Position numbers and translations under genes: made by a program. 64,000 nt of DNA from Verrucomicrobiaceae bacterium (GTDB taxonomy: Bacteria; Verrucomicrobiota; Verrucomicrobiia; Verrucomicrobiales; Akkermansiaceae). The notes beneath the pieces were generated by a model, which made no database searches, was not told where the DNA came from, and saw nothing but the letters and a program-made list of their open reading frames with translations. This document shows positions 38,629-47,830 of this stretch, in pieces (position 1 is the first letter of the stretch; every line of letters begins with the position of its first letter). Where the stretch lies: assembly GCA_051252135.1 (NCBI GenBank), contig JBPOGH010000015.1, positions 60,848-124,847 on the forward strand, given 5' to 3'.

Positions 38629-39425
38629 AGACCCTTCTGTTCATCACCCTCGCCTCCCTCGCCTCCCTCGCCTCCCTCGCTCCCTTGGCTGCCGAGACCC
38701 GGGACAACTCGCCCAAGGCCATCTTCACCGAAACCCAATCCCGGCTCCAAAACACCACCCTCTACTTCCGCGGCGCCCGCGTCTTCGACCAAATGTGCAC
38801 CCAATGCCACGGCCGCTCCGGCAGGGGCAACGGACCCTGGGCCGAAACCATGGACAACAAACCCCGCAACTTCCGCCTCGGCGTCTTCAAATTCCGCACC
38901 ACCCCCTGCGGAAAACTCCCGTCCGACGCCGACCTCCGACGCACCATCCGCCACGGCATCTCCGGCACCGCCATGCCCACCTTCGCTAAAATGAGCGAGT
39001 CCGATCTCAATGGCGTCATCGTCTTCATCCAAAGCCTCTCCCCCCGCTGGAAGGATCCGGAAAATTTCGCCACCCCCATCGAAACCCCGACCCCTCCCGC
39101 ATGGCTCGCCGATCCCGCCAAATCCGCCGATCACGTCAAAGCCGGCCAAACCCAATTCGCCCTCTCTTGCGCTTCCTGCCACGGACCCACCGGTGAAGGA
39201 AACGGCCCCGCCTCCAAAGGCCTCCTCGACATCCGCGGCCTCTCCATCTCCCCCGCCTCCTTCTCCGCAGAACACTTAAAAAGCGGCGACACCCCCGCCG
39301 ATCTCTACCGCACCATCTCCCTCGGCCTCGATGGCACCCCCATGCCCGGCCATCAGGCTACTCTCAAGCCCGATCAAATCTGGAATCTTGTCGCCTACAT
39401 CAGCACCCTCCGCAAAACGGAATAG
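38625..39425 (+). CDS. Secreted di-heme c-type cytochrome
   Basis: GTG start overlapping the Rrf2 TGA; signal peptide; CTQCH...GTAMP and CASCH...GTPMP; KPRNF..G.FKFRTT. Confidence 0.88.
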   Translation: MKTLLFITLASLASLASLAPLAAETRDNSPKAIFTETQSRLQNTTLYFRGARVFDQMCTQCHGRSGRGNGPWAETMDNKPRNFRLGVFKFRTTPCGKLPSDADLRRTIRHGISGTAMPTFAKMSESDLNGVIVFIQSLSPRWKDPENFATPIETPTPPAWLADPAKSADHVKAGQTQFALSCASCHGPTGEGNGPASKGLLDIRGLSISPASFSAEHLKSGDTPADLYRTISLGLDGTPMPGHQATLKPDQIWNLVAYISTLRKTE

Positions 39426-39429
39426 CTCC

Positions 39430-40959
39430 TCACGCGCCCGATCCCACCGCCACTTCCTTCACCGAGCGCACCGTCTTCCCCGCATTCCCCAGAATCGACG
39501 CCCGTCCGGCCTCCCGCTCCGCTTCGCTCGCAAAATCCAGCCCCAGCAGCGCACGACCCACCCGCTCTCCCGAGTAGGTGTAGTTGAAATAACACAGGCT
39601 CGCCAACGGACTCACCTCCTTCATGAACTGCAGCAAAGCGCCCGCCCGCTCCGGGAATTCCACTTCCACAAATAAGGGCGCGGAAAAGAGCGACCGCGCA
39701 AACGGAATCACCCGATACCGCGCATCCGCATGATCCGTCACGTCCACCGCATGCCCGTCCCGCCGGTCCAGCCATGCCGCAAACGCCGCCTCGTCCTGCT
39801 CCGGCACATCAAGTGTTAACACCGGCGACTGCGCCTCTCCCGAACTCCGGCCATACTGCAGATCAATAATCGACACCTCGTTCGGAAGATCGGTCAGCAA
39901 CTTCACCAGCGCCCCCTTCTCTTCCGGAATCTCAAAGAGCCAACTCCGCTTCTGCTTCGGATTCACTCCCGCCTGTCGCGAAATATCAGCCACCTTCGCA
40001 AAGTCCATGTTCGCCCCGCAAAGAATCGTCAGCACCTTCTCCCCCTCCGGCACCAACCCTTCCCGATACTGCTTCTGGTAACCCGCCAGACTCATCGCCC
40101 CGCTCGGCTCCGGAATCACTCGTAGCCCGTCCCAATGCGCCTTGATCGCCGCCGACACCTCCCGGTTACTCACCGTGATCAACTCATCAAGCTGACTCCG
40201 ACAAATCTCGTACGTCAGTTTCCCCACCTCCGTCACCGCCGTCCCGTCACAAAAAAGATCCACGTAATCCAAGGGCGTCGGACCCCCGTTTTTGAACGCC
40301 GCTGCCATCGACGCCTGATCCTCCCCCTCCACTCCAATCACCTTCACCCCCGGCCACGAGCTCTTCAGCCACGTCGCCACCGCCGAGGCCAACCCGCCTC
40401 CTCCCACCGCCACATACACCCGGTCAAAGGGCCCCTCTCCCGAGGTAAATATCTCATCCGCCAACGTCCCCTGGCCCGACATCACCTCAATCGAATCATA
40501 AGGTGGAATAAAGATCGCCTTGTGCTCCTCCGCATACGCCAGCGCCGCCCGCTGCGCTTCCGAAAAACTATCCCCCACCAGCTCGATCACCACTTTGCCC
40601 CCTCCGTGCGCCATCACCGCCTTCCGCTTCACCATCGGGGTCGGCTTCGGCATGAAAATCCGCGCCTCACAGCCCAACACCTTCGCCCCGATCGCGATCC
40701 CCTGCGCATGATTCCCCGCCGAGGCCGCCACCACTCCCGCCGCCCGCTCTTCTTCACTCAGGCACGCCATCCCGTTGAACGCCCCCCGCCACTTGTAGGC
40801 CTTCACCGGACCCAGATCCTCCCGCTTCACCCACACCGGCTCCAGAATCCCCTCCACACTCATCGCTTGCAGCGGAGTCGGCTCTCCCACCTGATAGACA
40901 CGCGCCCTCGCCTGATGAATCCCCTCACGCAACTCACTGATCAAATCTCTCCCGCTCAC
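39430..40959 (-). CDS. ilvA: Threonine ammonia-lyase (biosynthetic, with regulatory domains)
   Basis: KREDL...AYKWRGA (PLP Lys), ASAGNHAQG, GQGT, VGGGGL, EPSGA, GANMDF, FPERAGAL. Confidence 0.92.
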   Translation of the reverse strand: MSGRDLISELREGIHQARARVYQVGEPTPLQAMSVEGILEPVWVKREDLGPVKAYKWRGAFNGMACLSEEERAAGVVAASAGNHAQGIAIGAKVLGCEARIFMPKPTPMVKRKAVMAHGGGKVVIELVGDSFSEAQRAALAYAEEHKAIFIPPYDSIEVMSGQGTLADEIFTSGEGPFDRVYVAVGGGGLASAVATWLKSSWPGVKVIGVEGEDQASMAAAFKNGGPTPLDYVDLFCDGTAVTEVGKLTYEICRSQLDELITVSNREVSAAIKAHWDGLRVIPEPSGAMSLAGYQKQYREGLVPEGEKVLTILCGANMDFAKVADISRQAGVNPKQKRSWLFEIPEEKGALVKLLTDLPNEVSIIDLQYGRSSGEAQSPVLTLDVPEQDEAAFAAWLDRRDGHAVDVTDHADARYRVIPFARSLFSAPLFVEVEFPERAGALLQFMKEVSPLASLCYFNYTYSGERVGRALLGLDFASEAEREAGRASILGNAGKTVRSVKEVAVGSGA

Positions 40960-41278
40960 GCCCGCACCCTCTCAAATTTCACCCGTCAGAAAACTCTTTT
41001 CCACCTCCAATCCGCAAATCGCACCTCCCGTACATGCAGCAGCCCCGTCGACTTTCGAAAAAGCCAAACAGGGCTGCTGTCCCCCCCAAAGTGTGAAATC
41101 TGGGCGCAGCATGGCGAGCTAACCCTCTCACTGACAAGTAAAAAGAAATGGAATGGCGCGATTCTACGCAATTAAAAGAATGGAATGGCGCAATTGCATC
41201 CATTTCCATAAATTCATCCTGCTCTCAAAGCGAATTTCCCTTCTCATTCCCCGTCTTACTCCTAAAGTCCGCCTCGAA

Positions 41279-42757
41279 ATGAGCGAGGAAGCATCAGCCC
41301 CACAGTCCACCGCAGAAGAACTCATGGCCGTGCGCCGCGAGAAACTCGCAAAACTCAAGGAGTTGGGCATCGATCCCTTCGGCGCCAAGTTCGCCACCAC
41401 CACCACTCCCGGTGAATTGAAGGCCAGTTTCTCCGATGACAAAAGCGTCACCATCGCCGGCCGCCTCCTCGCCATCCGCGACATGGGCAAGTCCGTCTTC
41501 GCCACCCTCGGCGACGCCCACGGCCGCATCCAGATCTACCTCAACAAAAAGGAACTCACCGATCTCGAGTGGTCCGCCTACCAGCTCCTCGACCTCGGCG
41601 ATTGGATCGGCATCTCCGGCATGACCTTCACCACCGGAAAAGGCGAACCCTCCGTCAAAGCACAGACTCTCACCGTCCTTTCGAAAGCCCTCCGACCCAT
41701 GCCCGACAAATGGCATGGCCTCTCCGACCGCGAAACGAAATACCGCAAGCGCCACCTCGACCTCATGTCGAACCAATCCAGCGCCGACCTCTTCATCATG
41801 CGCTCCAAGATCGTTGCCGAAATCCGCAACTTCCTCCACGAGCGCGGCTACCTCGAGGTCGAAACCCCCATGCTGCACGACGTCGCCGGTGGTGCCGCCG
41901 CCAAGCCCTTCGAGACCCATCACAACGCCCTCAACATGGACCTCACCATGCGCATCGCGCCCGAGCTCCATCTCAAGCGCCTCCTCGTCGGCGGCCTCAC
42001 CAAGGTCTTCGAACTCAACCGCAACTTCCGCAACGAAGGAATCTCCCGCCGCCATAACCCCGAGTTCACCATGCTCGAAGCCTACCAGGCCTACGGTGAC
42101 TTCGAGATCATGGCCGACCTCGTCGAGGAAATGGTCTGCCACCTCGCCGAAAAATTCTTCGGCACCCTTCAGATCGAACACAAAGACGAAAACGGTGAGC
42201 CCGTCCGCACCCTCGACCTCTCACGCCCCTGGAAGCGCGCCCCTTACCGCGACCTCATCAGGGAAGCCGCCGGCGCCGATTGGTTCGACCTCTCACCCGA
42301 GCAACGCCGCGCCAAGGCCAAGTCCGAGTTCAAACTCGAAATTCACGACCACCTCGAGGACTACGAAGTCTCTCAACAGGTCTTCGAAAAGCTCATCGAG
42401 GAACACACCTTCGACCCCTGCTTCGTCACCCACGTCGATTCCAAGCTCATCCCCCTCGCCAAGGAAAACCCGGAGGACCAAAGCATCATCGATGTCTATG
42501 AGCTCATCATCAACGGACAGGAAATCTCTCCCGGCTACTCCGAGCTCAATGATCCCGACACCCAGCGCCGCCGCCTTCAGGAACAGTCCGGTGGCGAAGC
42601 CCAGGAGATCGATGAAGACTTCGTCGAAGCACTCGAGCACGGCATGCCCCCCGCTGGCGGGATCGGCATCGGCATCGACCGCCTCATCATGCTCCTCACC
42701 GGAGCCCCCACCATTCGCGACGTCGTCCTCTTCCCTCAACTGAAGAGAAAAGACTGA
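41279..42757 (+). CDS. lysS: Lysine--tRNA ligase (class II)
   Basis: GGAAAKPFETHHNAL, RIAPELHLKRL, FRNEG...HNPEFTMLE, GMPPAGGIGIGIDRL. Start placed at MSEEAS. Confidence 0.96.
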   Translation: MSEEASAPQSTAEELMAVRREKLAKLKELGIDPFGAKFATTTTPGELKASFSDDKSVTIAGRLLAIRDMGKSVFATLGDAHGRIQIYLNKKELTDLEWSAYQLLDLGDWIGISGMTFTTGKGEPSVKAQTLTVLSKALRPMPDKWHGLSDRETKYRKRHLDLMSNQSSADLFIMRSKIVAEIRNFLHERGYLEVETPMLHDVAGGAAAKPFETHHNALNMDLTMRIAPELHLKRLLVGGLTKVFELNRNFRNEGISRRHNPEFTMLEAYQAYGDFEIMADLVEEMVCHLAEKFFGTLQIEHKDENGEPVRTLDLSRPWKRAPYRDLIREAAGADWFDLSPEQRRAKAKSEFKLEIHDHLEDYEVSQQVFEKLIEEHTFDPCFVTHVDSKLIPLAKENPEDQSIIDVYELIINGQEISPGYSELNDPDTQRRRLQEQSGGEAQEIDEDFVEALEHGMPPAGGIGIGIDRLIMLLTGAPTIRDVVLFPQLKRKD

Positions 42758-42761
42758 CCCG

Positions 42762-44129
42762 CTACCAGCGCTTCAAAAATTCCTGCCGATAGAACGCCCT
42801 CCCGGAATAGATCGGCATCTGCAAGACCATCCTTCTCCCGTCCGGAGTCTCACTCGATTCCAGCGGGAGGAAGTTGAACCCCTTGATCAGCCGGGTCCAG
42901 CTCTCCGGATTTGTGGTCACGGAATACACCGGGAACACATCAACGGCATGCGTCCGGTGGTGCACAATGAGACGCCCGCCTTCAAAACGCGGTGCCAAAT
43001 CCCACCGATGCCGCCCCAGCGGATCTCCCCCCACCGCGTAATCGTAAAAATTACTCAACCCGTTCCCGTTCTCATCTCCCTCCGGATCCAGCCCCGGATA
43101 GAGGTCCCCAAAAGCCGTCGGCACCGATACCTCCAGAATCTGCTGGGAGTTGATACACGACCCCGGAATCGGCGGAAGATGAAGAAGGTCCAAGGCCAAA
43201 TTCCCCACCACTCCCGATCTCAAGGGCTGGATCGCCGACAGGGTCGGCGGCTGACTCGTCCCCGGATCCGTTAGATGCGGATTCAGCTCATAAAGATCGG
43301 AACCTGCCGTCACTCCCTCCCCCCAGACGTAAAAGGGAATCGTATAATTCGTCACATACTCGCTCGCCGTATGCGTATTCGTCCCCGGCGTCCCCCCGTG
43401 ATCCGAGACCACAATCAGCTGCGTTCCACCCGCCAACTCCGGCGTCTCGGCAATCACCCGCAACACCTCCCCCACCGCCGCATCCGCCGCGCGAACCGCA
43501 TCCATATACGGACTGTCCAAACTCAGGTTCCAATCGAAAACATGCCCCGCAGAATCAGGCCCCGCAAAATGGAAAAAGCTCAAGTCCCACCGATGCCTAA
43601 CCAAATCTGCCAAAAACCGCTCCAACAACACCGCCGGACTCCCGTTCTGAACATACAGATCAATCTTGTCCCGCCCGTTGTCCTCCCCCGTCACATCCGG
43701 CGCCCCCGTCACTCCGTTGTAACTCCCCTCAAAAATCCCAATCTTCGACTTCCCCGAATACAACGCCGTCGACAGCCCGTGGTCATGCACCACATCAAAC
43801 ACTCCCGGAACATACTCCGGCAGGTGAATCTGCATCGTCGTCGACGCACTGTTGAATGAAATCCCGTGCCCGCACGCTCCCAACACCGGTCGGCTCGTCA
43901 CCATCGAGGTATGGTTCGGCAGCGTGTTGCTGAAATCCGCATCCGTCCGCGCATTGTGCGTCGAGGCCCCCTCCGCCCGCAATCGATGAAAATTCGGAGC
44001 CCCCGCTTCCCCCAAAATCTCCACCGCATCAGGCCGCAGACCGTCAATCGTCATCACAATCACCCGCCCCTCGCCAATCACCGGCCACACCAGCGCCATC
44101 CCCCCCAAAAAAATTCCCCTGTTCATCAC
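42762..44129 (-). CDS. Secreted alkaline-phosphatase-superfamily (NPP-type) protein with C-terminal tail
   Basis: IDGLRPD, TLPNHTSM (Thr nucleophile), PDSAGH, SDHGG; C-terminal GDENGNGLSN...W...FYRQ. Confidence 0.85.
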   Translation of the reverse strand: MMNRGIFLGGMALVWPVIGEGRVIVMTIDGLRPDAVEILGEAGAPNFHRLRAEGASTHNARTDADFSNTLPNHTSMVTSRPVLGACGHGISFNSASTTMQIHLPEYVPGVFDVVHDHGLSTALYSGKSKIGIFEGSYNGVTGAPDVTGEDNGRDKIDLYVQNGSPAVLLERFLADLVRHRWDLSFFHFAGPDSAGHVFDWNLSLDSPYMDAVRAADAAVGEVLRVIAETPELAGGTQLIVVSDHGGTPGTNTHTASEYVTNYTIPFYVWGEGVTAGSDLYELNPHLTDPGTSQPPTLSAIQPLRSGVVGNLALDLLHLPPIPGSCINSQQILEVSVPTAFGDLYPGLDPEGDENGNGLSNFYDYAVGGDPLGRHRWDLAPRFEGGRLIVHHRTHAVDVFPVYSVTTNPESWTRLIKGFNFLPLESSETPDGRRMVLQMPIYSGRAFYRQEFLKRW

Positions 44130-44225
44130 TTCGAAATATCGTCTTTACCTCTCCCCCGAAAGACAAAACATCAATCTCAGTTTCCACATTGCGCCCTCCT
44201 TCACCCCCCTCTACCTTTCGTCATC

Positions 44226-44987
44226 ATGATCAAAACTCTCGCCCTCTCACTGCTCCTCCCCTTCAGCTTCCTCCACGCCGACCATCACGGCGAAAAAAAG
44301 GAAACGCCGGCCGCTCAGGAGGAAAAATGGATCCCCCTCTTCAACGGTAAGGACCTCACCGGCTGGACCCCGAAATTCTCCGGCTCCGATCTCGGCGTAA
44401 ACTACAAGGACACCTTCCTCGTCAAAGACGGACTCCTCACCATCGACTACTCCAACTGGGAAAAGTTCGCCGGTGAGTTCGGCCACCTCTTCTACAAAAC
44501 CCCCTACTCCCACTACAACATCCGCGCCACCTACCGCTTTATCGGCGACCAGGTCAAAGCCGGACCCGGCTGGGCCAACCGCAATAACGGATTCATGCTC
44601 CATTGCCAGGACCCCAAAACCATCAAAAAAGACCAGGACTTCCCCAACTCCATCGAAGTCCAATTCCTCGGCGGCCTCGGCAAAGGCGACCGCGGCACCC
44701 TCAACATCTGCACCCCCGGCACCCAGCTCCACTGGGACGGCAAACTCTCCAAGGCCCACGTCATCAACACCGGCGGACCCACCATCCATGGCGATGACTG
44801 GGTCACCGTCGAAGTCCAGGTCCGCGGCGACAAGTTCAAGCACATCGCCAACGGACAGGTCGTCTGCGAATACGACAACACCCAACTCGACGACGGCTCA
44901 CCCCTCACCTCCGGCTACATCTCCATCCAGGCCGAAACCGCACCCATCCAGTTCAAGTCCATCGAGATCCAGCCTCTCAAGGAGTAA
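44226..44987 (+). CDS. DUF1080 (3-keto-disaccharide hydrolase-like) secreted protein
   Basis: Signal peptide, WIPLFNGKDLTGW, NNG, SIEVQ, GYISIQAE...FKSIEI. Start placed at ATG 44226. Confidence 0.88.
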   Translation: MIKTLALSLLLPFSFLHADHHGEKKETPAAQEEKWIPLFNGKDLTGWTPKFSGSDLGVNYKDTFLVKDGLLTIDYSNWEKFAGEFGHLFYKTPYSHYNIRATYRFIGDQVKAGPGWANRNNGFMLHCQDPKTIKKDQDFPNSIEVQFLGGLGKGDRGTLNICTPGTQLHWDGKLSKAHVINTGGPTIHGDDWVTVEVQVRGDKFKHIANGQVVCEYDNTQLDDGSPLTSGYISIQAETAPIQFKSIEIQPLKE

Positions 44988-45023
44988 GAAAAACACCCTC
45001 ATCTCGTATCTAAACCCCACGTG

Positions 45024-47771
45024 ATGAGCCATCTCCTCCAAAAAGTCACCACGCTCCTCCTTGCCGCCTCCCTTGGCAGCATCGGGAGCGTTTTTGCGTC
45101 CGGGGAACTCTCCTTCTCAAAAGACATCCGCCCCATCCTCTCCGCCAACTGCTTCAAATGCCACGGCCCCGATGACCAAACCCGCGAAGAAGACCTCCGC
45201 CTCGATATCGCCGACTCCCAGGACTGGCAAAAAATCATCGCCCGCATCACCTCTTCCGACCCCGACGAAATCATGCCTCCCCCCGAGGCCAACAAGACCC
45301 TCAAGCCCGCCCAAATCACTCTCCTCAAAACCTGGATCGACCAAGGCGCCAAGTACGAAAAACACTGGGCCTTCATCCCTCCCCAAAAATCAACCATCCC
45401 CTCGTCATCCCACCCCATCGACCACCTCTACAAAATCCCCCTCGCCCCAAAAGCCGATCCACACACCCTCATCCGCCGCCTCCATCTCGACCTCATCGGC
45501 CTCCCGCCCACCATCGAAGTCGCCGATCGCTTCGCCGCCGACCCCAGCCCCGAAGCCTACGCTGCCATCGTCGATGACCTCCTCTCCTCACCCCGATACG
45601 GCGAACGCTGGGCCCGCCGTTGGCTCGACCTCGCCCGCTACGCCGACACCAACGGCTACGAGAAAGACCGCGACCGCTCCATCTGGCCCTACCGCGACTA
45701 CGTCATCCGCTCACTCAACGCCGACAAACCCTTCGACCAATTCACCATCGAGCAACTCGCCGGCGACATGCTCGAAAATCCCACCCCCGACCAACTCATC
45801 GCCACCGGCTTCCACCGCAACACCATGCTCAACGAAGAAGGCGGCATCGACCCCCTCGAGTTCCGCTACCACGCCATGACCGACCGCGTCGCCACCACCG
45901 GCACCACCTGGCTCGGCCTCACCACCGGCTGCGCCCAATGCCACACCCACAAATACGACCCCATCACCCACCACGACTACTTCGGCCTCATGGCCTACCT
46001 CAACAACACCAGCGAGCCCGACTACCACCTCCCCGATCCCTCCCTCGCCGAAAGCCAAAAGGCCAACCTCGCCCAAGCCCAAAAACTCCTCGCCGAACTC
46101 CCTTCCCGTTACCCTGCCGACAAAAACCTCCAGGCCGACCACCAAGCCTGGCTCGCCACCCAACAACCCCACCTCACCCCCTGGCAAACCCTCACCCCCA
46201 CCAAACTCCACGCCACCACCCCCTACCTCACCCTCGAAAACGACAACATCATCTTCGCCGCCGGTGACGTCCAAAAGCTCGACACCTACACCCTCGAATT
46301 CCCTCCCCAATCCCAACCCCTCGCCAGCCTCCGCCTCGAAGCCCTCACCGATCCCCGCCTCCCCGGCCGCGGCCCCGGCATGACCTACTACGAGGGAAAA
46401 CAAGGCGACTTCTTCCTCTCCGAAATCACCATCACCTCGGACAAAAACCACCCCATCAAATCGTCCTCCCAAGCCCAACAAAACAACGCCAAAGGCTACA
46501 ACTCCATCCACCTCGCGCACGACTCCGACATCCAAACCGGATGGAAACCCGGAAATGACACCGGCATCAACCACCTCGCCGTCTTCAATTTCACCGAAGC
46601 CATCCCCGCCGGCACTCCCATCACCATCACCCTCACCTTCTCCCGCCACTACCCCGTCGCCCTCGGCAAATTCCGCCTCTCCGCCTCCCCCTCACCCGAC
46701 ATCCGCGCCCTCGCCCACACCGGAACCCTCACCGACTTCCTCCTCCAAACTCCCGACCTCAAATCCCAAGCCGATCAAATCCACACCCTCCAAAAGCCTC
46801 TCCGCGGCACCCCCACCCTCATCATGCGCGAGCGCCCCGCCGCCCACACCCGCCCCACCCACCTCCGACACCGCGGCGAATACACCCAACCCAAGGAACG
46901 CGTCTCCCCCCGACTCCCCGACGCCCTCTTCCCCTCCGGAAAACCCTACCCAAAGGACCGCCTCGCTTTCGCAAAGTGGCTCGTCTCCAAAGAGAATCCC
47001 CTCACCGCCCGCGTCGTCGTCAACCGCCACTGGGCCGCCTTCTTCGGCACCGGCATCGTCCCCTCGCTCGATGACTTCGGCATGCAAGGCAAACTCCCCA
47101 CCAACCCCCAACTCCTCGACCACCTCGCCGTCACCTTCATCGAAAACGGCTGGTCCCTCAAGCACCTCCACCGCCTCATCGTCACCTCCGCCGCCTACCA
47201 ACAGGATTCCAAAATCGAATCCCAAACCTCACACCAATTCCCACGCCAACGACTCGAGGCCGAAGTCATCCGCGACGCCGCCCTCCAGGCCTCCGGCCTC
47301 CTCTCCGATAAAATGTTCGGCCCACCCGTCCGCCCTCCCCAACCCCAGGGAGTCTCGGAGGTCGCCTACGGCAATCCCAAGTGGAATCCCTCCAAAGGCG
47401 AGGACCGCTTCCGCCGCTCCATCTACACCTACCAAAAGCGCACCGCCCCCTTCGCCTTCCTCACTACCTTCGATGCCTCCTCCGGCGAAGCCTGCCTCGC
47501 CCGGCGCGACCGCTCCAACACCCCACTCCAGGCCCTCACTCTCATGAACGATCCCATGTTCATCGAGATCGCCCAACACTTCGGCCAACGCCTCGAAAAA
47601 TCACCCGGCTCAACCGAAGAAAAAATCACCCAAGCCTTCCGCCTCCTCCTCACCCGTCCCCCCACCAAAACCGAACTCCAACACCTCACCACCTTCCACC
47701 AAAAACACCAATCCTTCCCCGCCCTCACCCGCGCCCTCCTCTCCCTCGACGAGTCCGTGACGAAACCATAA
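45024..47771 (+). CDS. PSD1/planctomycete cytochrome c protein (PSCyt1-DUF1549-insert-DUF1553)
   Basis: IRPILSANCFKCHGPD, YGERWARRWLDLARYADTNG, CAQCHTHKYDP, NPLTARVVVNR, RLEAEVIRD, NTPLQAL. Confidence 0.92.
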   Translation: MSHLLQKVTTLLLAASLGSIGSVFASGELSFSKDIRPILSANCFKCHGPDDQTREEDLRLDIADSQDWQKIIARITSSDPDEIMPPPEANKTLKPAQITLLKTWIDQGAKYEKHWAFIPPQKSTIPSSSHPIDHLYKIPLAPKADPHTLIRRLHLDLIGLPPTIEVADRFAADPSPEAYAAIVDDLLSSPRYGERWARRWLDLARYADTNGYEKDRDRSIWPYRDYVIRSLNADKPFDQFTIEQLAGDMLENPTPDQLIATGFHRNTMLNEEGGIDPLEFRYHAMTDRVATTGTTWLGLTTGCAQCHTHKYDPITHHDYFGLMAYLNNTSEPDYHLPDPSLAESQKANLAQAQKLLAELPSRYPADKNLQADHQAWLATQQPHLTPWQTLTPTKLHATTPYLTLENDNIIFAAGDVQKLDTYTLEFPPQSQPLASLRLEALTDPRLPGRGPGMTYYEGKQGDFFLSEITITSDKNHPIKSSSQAQQNNAKGYNSIHLAHDSDIQTGWKPGNDTGINHLAVFNFTEAIPAGTPITITLTFSRHYPVALGKFRLSASPSPDIRALAHTGTLTDFLLQTPDLKSQADQIHTLQKPLRGTPTLIMRERPAAHTRPTHLRHRGEYTQPKERVSPRLPDALFPSGKPYPKDRLAFAKWLVSKENPLTARVVVNRHWAAFFGTGIVPSLDDFGMQGKLPTNPQLLDHLAVTFIENGWSLKHLHRLIVTSAAYQQDSKIESQTSHQFPRQRLEAEVIRDAALQASGLLSDKMFGPPVRPPQPQGVSEVAYGNPKWNPSKGEDRFRRSIYTYQKRTAPFAFLTTFDASSGEACLARRDRSNTPLQALTLMNDPMFIEIAQHFGQRLEKSPGSTEEKITQAFRLLLTRPPTKTELQHLTTFHQKHQSFPALTRALLSLDESVTKP

Positions 47772-47777
47772 CATGGA

Positions 47778-47820
47778 GCGTAGGCTTCCAGCCTTACGCC
47801 CACAACCCAAGCCCCCAACC
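47778..47820 (+). repeat. REP-like palindrome plus C-rich motif
   Basis: GCGTAGGCT-TCC-AGCCTTACGC followed by CCAAGCCCCCAACC; both elements recur at 54361-54430. Confidence 0.55.
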
Positions 47821-47830
47821 GCAGCCCGCC

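Noticed and set aside
41147..41197. Possible sigma54 promoter (TGGCGC...TTGC)
   Set aside because: The GG-to-GC spacing does not fit the -24/-12 GG-N10-GC rule in either repeat copy.
40979..41209. Possible ilvA attenuator leader peptide (76-aa and 61-aa ORFs)
   Set aside because: No run of Ile/Leu/Val/Thr control codons in a short ORF and no U-tailed terminator before ilvA.
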